Positions 24,151 through 36,300 of a stretch of 64,000 nt of DNA are shown piece by piece. The first letter of the stretch is position 1, and every line of letters starts with the position of its first letter. The notes beneath the pieces were generated by a model, which was not told where the DNA came from, ran no database searches, and saw only the letters and a program-made list of their open reading frames with translations. The stretch lies in contig JBHGNT010000003.1 in NCBI GenBank assembly GCA_043228905.1, positions 15,686,001 to 15,750,000 on the forward strand, written 5' to 3'. Source of the stretch: Azolla caroliniana (lineage: Eukaryota > Plantae > Polypodiophyta). The translations under genes were made by a program, and so were the position numbers.

Positions 24151-24808
24151 CATAGTTCTAGCCATACGTCTCAAATGTGTCATACTCATACGTGAATATT
24201 CGTATCATACTCATACGTGAAATGGCTCCAAGTATGATTGGAATCCATTCGTCTATATTTATTTTTATTACTCTAATTTATTTTTTTAAATATGAAAAAT
24301 AAAAAATAATCAAGATTTTTAAAAAATATGAAAAATTGGACAAATCGGTAAGGCGGCAGGTTGTAGGCGGCCCGCGGGTGAGCAGGAATCAGGAATCGAG
24401 ATTCAGGAATCAGAAATTAGAAATTAGAAATCAGCTCCCTGTTCATTTCATCCTTCACAGAAATCTGATTTTCACGATTTTCTCCTCACAGAAATCTGAT
24501 TTTCACTCAGAGCTCTCGATTCTCTACAGTCGACTCTCAGTTACAACTCACGAACACTCAGAGCTCTCGATTCTCAACGCACTCGATTCTTAGACTCTCA
24601 AAGACTCAAACTCGTCACTCCTCACAATGTGACGACGCGTCAGAAAAAACCCCCCCAAAAAAACACCCAAAAAACCCCCAAATTTTTTTTTAAAAAACAC
24701 CAAAAAATAAAATAAAAAACCAAACGAATATCGCGTATCATACGCATACGTTTGCAAATGTTCGCGTACATCCAATAAATTGGACGTACGCGAATATTAA
24801 GAACTATG
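24151..24808. mobile_element. Non-autonomous TIR DNA transposon, hAT-like
   Basis: TIR CATAGTTCT/AGAACTATG; subterminal CGTATCATAC-type repeats at both ends; TCACAAG on both flanks, but offset by 4 nt on the right (imperfect TSD). Confidence 0.6.
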
Positions 24809-26104
24809 CGAGTCACAAGTGGAAGTATCGCACATTCCACTTGCAATTTTAGGCAATATTCTGAATCTTGATACACCAGTATTACATGTTTTAAAACCAT
24901 ATAGAATTTGCTTGAATTTTTTAATTTAACAAGTTTTCAAAACGTTAGTTCTAAAATTGGATAGTTTTTGAAAAGTGTTAAACTTGATGGTCTTTAGATA
25001 TGAAAATTCAAGAAGATCACAATGGTTGTCTCATTTTTCACAAGTTAAGATTATAGGTTTAACCATCATGAGGAGGTGTAGGTTCCAAAAGTGGAAGTGA
25101 CCTCTATAGTTAGTGAATGTGTTTTACGTAGTCTAATCCCTAGTGTAAACTTGCATGAGGTGTCATCTATTGTTAGTGAAAATGTTTTATATAGATAAGG
25201 TAACACTCCAATAGAGTCAACTAAAAGAGGAAGAAGAACACATGATGGAGACAAATCTAGAGCAACACAGGAGAGATCGAGATCGAGATCATCACAAGAG
25301 GATTGAAGAAAAGATAGATAAAAGAAAGAAGGAAAAAAGAGGGGGGCCATACCAACAAACTTCAAAAACATGAGGGCAAATAATAAGATTTCAAAAAACT
25401 GAAGGGGTATCGAGAGAGCTTCAAAAACTCACAAAAACTCACATGAAATAAAAGGAACAAGAACACATACACATACACACAATGTCATTTGAAGGCCCAA
25501 ACGAGAGTGTTGAAGTACTACATTAGAAGATGTGCTAACAAAACGAGATGTTCATGTCATGAAGATGTGTTGATCGAATGGGATGTTTGTATCAAACAAG
25601 CTCCAGTCGAGGGAGTGGATCAAAGAGAAGATTGAGGGAGTTCTGGTCGAATGAGTTGATGTTTTTTATATAGTCATCAAGGTTCGACGTGCAATGCACT
25701 GTCCCATGGACATGCCATATGTGTTATCTTTACAAGAGGTACGGGGATGGATAAGAGTGAGAGTCTTTGTGTGAAAAGTATTGTTGTAAGTATAGAACGT
25801 AATATAGGCATTTGTTTTCATACGTTGGCAAATGAAGGGGTATATTATCCAAACATTCGTATATATTTTTTTACTTACTTTTCTTTTTCCTCATTGAGGA
25901 GCAAAGTTGTGAACGTTCTACACAGTTAAAATCTGGAAATTTGTATCATCTCTTGCCATTGCTCGCATAGTATATTGTATATTGGTACTCAAAAAAGCCG
26001 ACGATCTTTTCTCACTAACCAAAACATAATTCATCTTATCTCTCGAAACCCTGTGATATTCACTTTGTGCAATCCTCTTTGATAATTAGTATGGCGTTTA
26101 TTGT

Positions 26105-26786
26105 TGTTAAAGTAAACGTGCAGAAGCTTATGAGACAAAACCGGTTGTACCGGGTAACAACAGTATATTGAGAAGAAAGGTTTAATGGAGACCTTACGCA
26201 GGGGAGAGACAAAGAGAGCAGAAAGCAAAAATTTAATTCAAAATAATAACACTTTGTACATAGAATGTGCTCAGAGAGCACATTTATACAAGTCCATAAA
26301 GGAATGACAGAAGTAGTGATAGGTACTTCAATGCTCATACGAGCGACTGACGCTGCCTCCCAAAAATATGCCTACGTACTAGGCTAGATCCGTAGGCCTC
26401 TAACGGCCTACCGGTTTTAATCTGATCCGGCTCTGGCTTATTCAGCCGATCCAAATCCAGTTGAGCTTGCTCGCTCAACACTCCCCCTCAAGCTCAACTT
26501 GAGGTCGGATCGTGGTATCAATATCTGTGATGGCCGGTTCTTCCGTCCGACTTCTTTTGGCGTCTTCCCGCCTTGCTCACGCTCCACGTCCGGTCCGGTT
26601 CCACTTCCTGTGACTCGTCCGGTTCTGCACACCTCGGCTTGTTTGCTCCACAGGCCCACCTCAGCTCCTTTGTTGCCGTGAGTCTGACGCTTGTCAACCG
26701 GTCGTCTCTTCCGTATCGGCGTCGACTTCTGCTGCCTCCTCGTCTGTCTGCCTTCTAGTTGATCCGGTTCATTCGAGTCAAACACA
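26105..26786 (-). mobile_element. Copia 3' remnant: LTR 26105-26480, PPT and 3' UTR; related to copia D
   Basis: Shares aattcaaaataata and tgctcagagagcac blocks and the start TGTTGAG...CAAGCTCAAC with 41424-41816; PPT at 26481-26490. Confidence 0.75.
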
Positions 26787-28329
26787 TACCCACGGAACAA
26801 GTGTGGATGCCCCATCAGCCGATGCTACCATTGGAACCGTTCCTGAAGTGTGAATTGGATTTTATCAGGCCTGTTAAGCCGGCGGCAACACGAACCGGAA
26901 ATAGGTATATCATAGTTGCCACAGATTACTGCACCAAATGGGTGGAAGCTAAGGCACTAACAATAACACAACATGTCAACTGTGAAATTTTTGTATGAAA
27001 ACATTTGTTGTAGGTTCGAATGTCCGATTGAATTAATCAATGACCAAGGAGAGCACTTCATCGGCCAAGTAGTAGAGAGCTTGACACCGTTTTACGCCGT
27101 TGTACATAAGAGAAGCACCCCGTACTACCTACAGGCTAACTGATTAGCCGAATCTACAAACAAGACATTCCAGAACATTTTGGAGAAGATTGTGAACGAG
27201 AATTGGATGGATTGGGACACAAAGTTGCAAAGCACATTGTGGACATACCGAATGAGTTATAAGACAAGCATTCGGTCCACACAATTCTGGCTCGCTTTCG
27301 GATTGGAAGCAATAATGCCAACAGAATTTTAAATTCCAAGTTTACACGTGCAGGTACAAGAATGGTTGAGTGAATAAGAGTCGAAACATATGCGATTAGA
27401 AAAATTGCGTGAACTAGAACAACACCAGGTACAGAGTTTGATGCACCTTGAATTGGAACAACAATGGAGGAAAGCATTCATGGATCGTCACCGAAAAGGC
27501 AACGAGGAGTTTGGAATCTGGAAACCAGTATTGGCATTTCAAACATGAATGGGAAGCATGCCGAGGAAGCTCCGATTCAGGTGTACAGGGCCGTTTTGGA
27601 TAATCAAAGAATTCAATGGATTGTATCAACTAGGCACCTTAGCCAAGGAAGTACTCGACAAATGGGTGAATAGATTCTGGCTAAAACCATATAAGGGATC
27701 AATGCCAACAAATCCATTTAAGGAGTAGGAGTACAACGGAGGTATCGAGGACCTGAAAGCGACGGAGCGAATAATCCGACCATCTAGAGCAACGGCGACA
27801 CCCGATAGGTACTAGGGGTAACCGGGTTGGAGAACCAGTAGAACCAATTAGGGTCGGAGGAATCTACGACACCCGGAGTCGGCAGCTAGATCACGCCGTA
27901 CGACCGATGTACATATAGGTACAAAATAGGAAATTTAAATAAATAATTGCAGTTGAAAATAAAATTTGAAAGGATTGTGGACGCGAAACGACAATGATGG
28001 AAAAGACGATTACAAGCATGACATCAGTGAGGTACTAAATCAACACCACACATCATAATAATGCCATAATTAGCCACAACGTGCAGACGCAATACCCAAG
28101 AATAGGCGGTGACGCATGGATAGAGGGCATAGAGAGAGATGGGAATAGAAGGCCACAGAAAAAGTGAGGGAATCTCATTTAGAGACAAAAATATTTCGAG
28201 AGCCCATTGTGATAGAGCAAACTAGAGCACCGACAAAGCACATGAAACACATCTTCGGAACAACTGAGAAGAAGAAGAAGGACCAATGGCATTATTCGAG
28301 GAAGTGAAAGATTGGTTGCAGAAGAATGG

Positions 28330-31300
28330 TGTTGAGAATCAAACTCAACTTCCTGTGAGTGGGAACACACTCTAGGATACTCAAGTGTGTGAGCACCCCA
28401 CCTCCTTGTATAGTAACTAGTGTGTCATAGAAGTTAATGTCCTATGACACATATTCTTTAAGTAGTTAAGACACGACCTCTTTCCCAAGCGGTGGTACTA
28501 GTGAGAGAACTTAGAGAGAAGGTGACTACATAAGCACCTTCTCCCTCTCTTTGTAACTGTTGGTCATTCTTGCTTCCTTGTAATATAGTTTTCTGATTTT
28601 CTATAATCGTGAGCTCTCTCTCTCTCTCTCTCTCTAATGTATGCATAGGTTTGATTGTGAGAAGGCTATTGAAGATAATAAACAACCATACTTGAGCATG
28701 AACCTTAAGTGAGCGCCCATGTATTCCAAGATGGTTGAGGATATGTTACAAATGACAAAGATACAACATGGTGCCACACTGGAATGCAAATGGGAAGCTT
28801 TCAAGAAAGTCATTCTCTCTTGTACAAACAAATTTTTTTCGACCAACCGCACATCTTTGAAATGCACCAAGAAGCTTAGGAAAACATGGTTTGATAAAGA
28901 ACGTCATGAAGCTCAAAAGTGCCATATGGTTTTGGATGTAGTTAAGGATAAAGAGAATTACCAAAAGCATTTGCACGAGTATAAAAGGCTTATTCAAAGA
29001 AAGAGAAGAAGATGGGAAGTTACTCAACAATTTATCCAAACGCAAGAGAAAGCACATGCATGTGCTAAATTTTGGGGAAATCTAAAGGGGAAACATGTTG
29101 AGAGTTATGGTGACTTAACTCTTCACGACTTGTCTATGCATTGTAAGAATTTATATGAGTTATCTCTTGCCCGAAAGATGATGTGTTATGGATCTCTTTC
29201 ACATATGTCTCCCTTCTTTACAATTCAAGATATATGCATAGGACTTAAGAAATTGGCCTCTCGAAAGGTAAGCGATCTTCAATGTATAAAGGCTGAAATG
29301 CTCAAATGGACGGGAAAAGAAGCACATGTATGGATAAGCGATATGTTTAATGATGCATTGCAACATGGTATGTCGTACGATTGGACTACAATTGGATCAA
29401 ACCTTTACATAAAGGTGGAGATGTAAAAAATGTAAACAATTGTCGAACCATCATGGTTGACTCATTAATGGCAAAACTGTTTGGATGTATAATGGAATCA
29501 AAGATAAGTTTATGGGCTGAAAAAAAATGGTAAGAGAGCTTATGGACAAGCTGGCTTTTGAAAACACCATAGCACCATTGATCATCTTGTCACCCTTCAA
29601 GTATTAATGGAGGAAATTCACCTTAGAGGTAAAGGTTTATATTGTTGCTTTGTAGACGTCAAGAAAGCTTTTGATATCGTACCTCGTGAGCATCTTTGGA
29701 GGCGAATGGAAGAACTTGAGGTGTCAAGTGAATATATGCTTGCAATTTGCAGAATTTATGAGAAGGTTATATGTTGTGTGTGTATGAGAGATAAACTTTC
29801 AGATTTTGTCAAAAGCATTATTGGTGTTAAGAAATGCGCAAGAAGGAAAAATGCTCGATTCGAACTTCGATGGAGGAAGAGGACAAGGTTGGGGAAGAAA
29901 AGGACGATTTGGCCAAGGCCGACACAACCAAGAGCAACCTCAAGAACACAACTATTAACGACAAGATGTCTCGAACGCACGAGACGGAGCGTCCGAAAGA
30001 AGGGGGAGCAATCAGGCCAAACCCATCCAACAAAACAATCTCGCTCAGTGCGGATACTATGGTAAAATCGGTCACTATGAGGTAGAGTTTCGGAAAAAGA
30101 AGAGTGAATCGGCCTCCACAAGCCGAAAACTCACAAACAACACCTCCAACACTGACTACGATAATCGTGGTGGAATGTCAATTCGGTAAACAGCACCGTC
30201 AACCGTTCCCAAAGGAGAGGAACGTAAGCAAAGGGATCCTAGATGTAATACACTCATATGTATGGGGACCAGCCCAGCCGAATACATTCGGTGGTTGCCG
30301 ATACTACGTAACATTCATCGATGACTTCTCCAGACATACCTGAATCTACCCTATTCGGCAAAAGAGCGAAGTGTTCGAACACTTGAATCCAAAGATTCAA
30401 AAACGAAGTCGAAAAGGCAACGGGTCAGCATGTCAGATGCCTTTGATCGGATGGCGACAAAGAGTACTTCTCCAACATCTTTACAACATATCTTCGACAA
30501 GAAGGAATCGGGCAGGAGTTTACCTATCGGCACACACCTCAGCAAAACAGAGTAGCCAAACGCAAGAATCAGCACATACTTGAGGTGGCAAGGGCAATGA
30601 TGAACGAGAAACATATGTCAAAGTCATAGTGGGCTGAAGCGGCAAATATGGTCGTTTATCTTATGAATTGTTGCACAACGTCAGGAGTGCACGATGTTGC
30701 CCCTTAAGAAACATTCTATGGGAAGAAACCGGATCTATCTCATGTCAGGATATTCGGTTCAATTGCATATGTACATATTCCCGATGACCTACAGTAGAAG
30801 CTCAATCGCAAGTCGGACAAATGTATACTCGTAGGGTACTCACTCAAGCAGAAAGGGTATAAGTGCTTCAACCCATCCACCACGAAGTATTCGACGAGTC
30901 AACATCCTTCCTGGTATACAGTCGAATCAGCCCCATCTGACACAATTGAAACCGAGTTTGACACAAATGCGGAGGAGGATGATCGACCGAGGTTCACATC
31001 AGAGGAAAGTCCAATCTCAACCAGGTTGAGTGGACCACGAGACCCTTAAGGAGATCAAAGCACGTCGCGGCCGAGTCTGAAACAGGACAAAGGAAAGGCC
31101 AAAATGCCTGAGTACGAAGACTCGGTTGGAAATGAATCGACTCGCTTATCCGACAATGAGTTCAGTAGATTGGATGTGCCCATCATCAGGACACCAGGAG
31201 AACCACGTCGATCCACCTGAGAAAAGAACGTAGTCAGCCAATTCGGCTACAACGACTACATGGCATATCATTATGCATTCATTATAAAGGTGTCGACAGT

Positions 31301-33300
31301 CCGAGAACCGGAAAACTATTCCGAAGCCACGAAGGACCCCAGATGGGTCGAAGCGATGAATGAGGAGATGCAAGTACTCTCCAAGAACGAGACATGGGAT
31401 CTCACACCTTCTTCAAACCACCAAAAGGCAATTGGATGCCGGTCGATCTTCAAGATAAAGCACAACGCCGATGGCATTGTCCATCGTTACAAGGCTCGAC
31501 TTGTGGCAAAGGGGTACGCGCAGACGCACGGTGTCAACTAGGAAGAGACCTTTGCCCTGGTGGCAAAGATGACTACAATTCAAACCGTAATCGCGCTTGC
31601 AACAACAAAAGGGTGGCACCTCCACCACATGGATGTAAACAACACCTTTCTACAAGGCGAGTTAGACGAAGAGGTGCACATGGTGCAACCGCCCGGATTC
31701 GTGTCGACTACAGATCCGAGTATTTTCTGCCGACTCAAAAAGCCTCTCTACGGCGTGAAGCAGGCATCAAGAGCATGGCATTCAAAGGTAACACAATATC
31801 TTCATCAAATCGGCTTCAACATGTCCAAGTCTGACAACTGTCTATGCATCTGGAGTGACTCTAGAGGATAGGTATTTATCATCATTTATGTGGATGACTT
31901 GGTCATAGGAGGAGAGGATTTGGCGGATATTGAGCACATCAAGAAGCTCCTCTCCAGCCGATTCGAAATGACCGATATGAAGGAGCTCCATTACTTTCTA
32001 GGAATAGAAGTAATTCAGACTCCAAACGGCATAATGCTTTCTCAAAAGCATTATATCCTCAATCTTCTTTACAAGTTTGGGATGACACAGTGTAAGCCCG
32101 TCACTACTCTCGATCCAAATCTAAAGCTAGATGCCAACTCAGGCACGAGAAAGTGTGAGCCGACGCACTATCGTCAACTAGTCAGAAGCCTCGTCTACTG
32201 CACAATTACCCGACCCGACTTGAGTTACCCTGTCGGCCTCTTTAGCCAGTTCATGCAAGCTCCACAACACATCCATCTCGACTGTGCTAAGAGGGTGCTA
32301 AGTTATGTGAGTCAAACCATGGATTTCGGCATCTTCTACAAATCGGCCACACCGATATGACTCAAAGGTCATACCGATGCCAATTGGGCCAGCTACAGAG
32401 CTGACCGATGATTGACATCCAGATTTGTCTTTTCTCTTGGCTGTGGTGCCATATCATGGAGTAGTAAGAAATAGCCGACAATCTCACTATCGAGCACCGA
32501 AGTCAAATATAGGGGCGCGATCGTAGCCACATGCGAAACCATTTGGCTCAAGAGAATCTTGAAGGACTTGAGTGTTCCCATCAAGGATCCAATTCTTCTC
32601 TACTGCTACAACATGAACAATATTCGCCTCATTCGGAACATAGTCTTCCATGCTCGGACTAAGCACATCGAAGTGCACTATCACTTCATCCAAGAGCATA
32701 TTCTGGCCGGGGATGTCGACTTGCAACACATCAGCACAAACCTCCAGACAACCGACATCTTCACAAAGGCCTTGGGAGTCGACAAATTGCGGCAGTTCAT
32801 GACCGACTTGGGTATTTCCACCATCGACCAGTCGAGCTTCAGGGGGAGTATGGCGTGGTAGGAGTATACCAGTCATTCAAAGCCAAAGCCAATCCGAACC
32901 AACCATCCGATGATCCGACGAGCGAAAGTTGTGTTTGAAGGGGCGTGTTGAGAATGAAACGCAACTTCCCGTGAGTGGGAATACAATCTAGGATACTCAA
33001 GTGTGTGAGCACCCCACCTCCTTGTATAGTAACTAGTGTGTCATAGAAGTTAATGTCCTATGACACATATTCTTTAAGTAGTTAAGACACGACCTCTTTC
33101 CCAAGAGGCGGTAATAGTGAGAGAACTTAGAGAGAGGTGACTACATAAGCACCTTCTCCAACTCTTTGTAACTGTTGGTCACTCTTGCTTCCTTGGAATA
33201 CAGTTTTCTGATTTTTTGTAATCGTGAGCTCTCTCTCTCTCTACACACACACACACACACACAATTCTTCCGCTGCACAGAATCCATCCGATTCTTTACA
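28330..33300 (+). mobile_element. Ty1/copia element B, decayed: 5' LTR 28330-~28635 (truncated by a LINE), 3' LTR 32946-33300, protease region deleted
   Basis: LTR pair; RT motifs RYKARLVAKGY, LKKPLYGVKQA, YVDD; RNase H RTKHIEVHYHF. TSD not clean. Confidence 0.85.
28636..29835 (+). mobile_element. Non-LTR retrotransposon (LINE, RTE/L2-like) RT fragment
   Basis: 'LKKLASRKVSDLQCIKAEMLKW', QAGF...STIDHL, 'CCFVDVKKAFDIVPREHLW', ending near the GVKQG-type motif. Confidence 0.8.
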
Positions 33301-36300
33301 TGAACTCGAGGGATTCATCCGGGTTGCCAAAACTCCACCTCATCAGGAACCGGAGAAGATCGCCAAAACAATCCACATGGAAGGCATATCTTAGATCACC
33401 ATTGAGGCCGCAATTGAGCTCCAATCCGGGGACCTATAGGCCATAGAGAATCCGGAAACAAATTTACTAGATGAGTACTTCACGAGTTCTCAATTGCCAG
33501 CAAAGCCTACTGAACACATGGAAGAGAGAACATGTAATTCCGAGAGATTGCGAAGGTCCTGCTAGAATATGGGTTCGATGCTGAAAAATCGGATCATCTT
33601 CATTATTGTGACCTTTGAAGGCTTGTGGCTTGATTGGCCACTCATAACAGCGGACTCCCTCCGGATGGCAATCGCAGCGGTAGGGGACGGAAAGAAGGCT
33701 TGGAAGGGAGTCGCTCAGTGGCTAACCGTATTGGCACCACCACAATTCATCATCAAGCCAAAGAAGAGAGGAAGAACGGAAACGACGCTACAACAACAGT
33801 CGAAGAGACAAGAACTTCTAGCCAAACACATGACTGGTTGGGCCAGAGAGGAATCTCGACGCTCTGAAACACCTCCAACTATAATGTGGAGAGCAGTAGC
33901 AGGACCCTCAAAGCCCATTCGGATTACACTCAAGCGGAAAGAATCGGTGCAAGGATAGTCGTCCGGCAAAGCCCACCAGTATACTACAGAAGACGAGGAG
34001 ACTGTCGAAGAAGAAGCGCAGCCCTTGAAGAGACGCAAGAGAATGCGTCACAGCGAACAAGAAGGTGATGAGTCGGGTCCAGAGTTGGACAGAACGTTGA
34101 TCGTCATCATAGTAGTGGTGGAGCTGAGGCCGGTGGAGAGCGGACCAATAGAACAACCAGAAGTGGTACCTGCGGTTTCGACAGAACTGGAGGCACAAAG
34201 GCAAGGTCAACAGGATCACACCAATTAGCAACCGAATGAGGCAGACAATAGACCAAAGAACCTAAGGGGTTTGAGAAGAAGAAACACATGAAGAGCAGGT
34301 GTTTTGGGTGTTAAGGGAAGCCGGAGGAAAACATTTAGAACTGCGGGAGGTGGCACAAGCGTTTGCAGCAATCAGCCAATATGGCACCTGCCAACAACTT
34401 GTTGAATGGTTAGGGCAGCAGGTCACCAAGGCGGCGGCGCTGATGGTAGCAGAGTAGAAGGAATGGGTCGGCCTACCCACATAGATAGTGAAGACAGAGG
34501 TTATGGCCAGACAACTAATAGAGGCCAACGGTCGAATCTAGGAACTAGAGGAGGAGCAGAAAAAGGGTCCGGGAATTATTGGCCATACAGGCAAATCTAG
34601 GCCACGAAAACACAATAGAACCGGAAACAATCATACTGGAAACAATCATACCAGACACAGTATCGGTAGAAGCTCGGAGGGAGGAACCAGTTGCGGACAC
34701 GACACTAGAGAATGAAAAAGAATGGGAGAAGGCGATTGAGATTGTGAAGGATGAATTGGTCGCAACGGCAATGAAAGAGAAGGAGAAACAGTTACGCAAA
34801 TCAACCGAGGACGAGAAATAGTGAATGGAGGAAGGACTCAGAAGAATGCAAGGAAACATGAACTGGGTGAAAGAAGAAAAACATGTGATGCAGTGAGAGA
34901 AGGACAACCTCCGAAGAATGGCGCAAACCGAAATCGAAAGGTTGAAGGAAGAGCTTTGGCAGCAGAGGGACCGGGATGATCGATTGCGTGCACAAGCGAA
35001 CCGACGTCTGAAAGAGAAAAACAGAAGATTTTGAGAAGTTGTACTAGGAGCATAAGGAGTTAGAGAAGGAATATGACCAACAACGCAATAAACTAAAGGA
35101 AGCCTGCACATAAGTAAAAGAGTTAACAGAGGCACTGGTCGTGCAAGAAAAAGTCCTCGAAGAGACAACGACGAAGCTATGAGCGAATGTAGCAAAGGAA
35201 AGATCCGAGTTCTTAACAGAACAAAACCGGATAATTGAGCACTCGCGAGAGCTGTTGACTAAAGTTCAAACAACCTACCAAACCCAAATCATGAATTACA
35301 AGACTCAAGAAACAACTACGACACAATTGATCAAGCAGATGAAGCAAGAAAAGCAAGTCACAAAGGAACGTGTACAGATGGGGATCAAACGAATCCATAT
35401 GATTGTTGAAGGCCGGCGCAAACGGATGTGAGCAAGAATGGACAAATGTTCCGCGATCGTATGGGAACAATGGTCAAAATGTTGGGAATCGGTCCCTCCG
35501 GATGAGAACTAGAGGAGCCGGATCAGACGAGTCGAATAAAGGAACCGGATGTGGAAGGGTTCCGGATGAGACCCGGAAACCAGATCAAGTGAATCCGGAT
35601 GGATCCGGATGGATCCGGTGCAAACCGGATCCAAGAACATGTGTGTAAATATGTTTCATGGTGAGCCCATCGAGGCTATATTTATAAATAGCCCTAAAGT
35701 CATATAAGTATAAATATGACTTAGGGCAATCATTGAGGTGGTGTTGTTGAATGGTGTTGTTGTACACAGAGAATGAGTGAGAGAGAGAGATACAGAACTA
35801 GTTTTTGTTGCAACCACCAACTGGCGAAGATACAGAGCTCAAGGTCGTTGCCTCCAAGTCTCTGATTGTACCTTTCTCATATAGTGATAGTTTGGAGTCT
35901 GTGGGCTCCCGTGGTTTTTCCCTATTTAGGGTTTCCCACATTAACATCCTTTGTCATCTCTGTTTTAGTTTGTTCTCTTCTATTCCTTGTTGAAGACTCG
36001 GTTGTGGCTGAGCGTTATTTCCGTACAAACTGGTATCAGAGTGAACAAAGGAAATGGAAGAATCATTTGGCAGCATGTTCAAGCTCACCAGCTCTAACTA
36101 CCCAGTGTGGAAGTCGAAGATGAGGGCCATGCTCGTGGTCAAAGATTTCTGGCTGCCGGTATAATTCGGGGACAAGAAACCGGATAAGATCGATGCCTCG
36201 ACATGGGAAGTGATGCACATGAAGACAACGGCGTACATTTGGTGCTTCATCGACATGAGCCTGTACAACAACTTCAATGAAGAAAGTAAAGCTCATGTGC

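Larger units (their letters stand above)
26787..35479 (+). mobile_element. Decayed gypsy A2 (A1 family): integrase 26787-27730, extra ORF ~28250-28329 plus 33301-35479; split by copia B, ends at the copia C1 insertion
   Basis: 'MPHQPMLPLEPF...NRYIIVATDYCTKWVEAKAL' and 'TFEGLWLDWPLITADSL...VAQWLTVLAPP' match A1. Confidence 0.85.

Noticed and set aside
23480-26100. Possible old DNA-transposon debris around the hAT-like element
   Set aside because: No TIR, TSD or coding motif I could define by eye.
28325-33305. TSD for copia B
   Set aside because: Left AATGG versus right TGAAC do not match cleanly, although the host frame (WLQKN...LEGFI) resumes; not claimed.
35500-35635. CCGGAT/GGATCC clusters as a CRISPR-like array
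   Set aside because: Irregular short motifs in copia U3, no constant repeat-spacer period, eukaryotic context.
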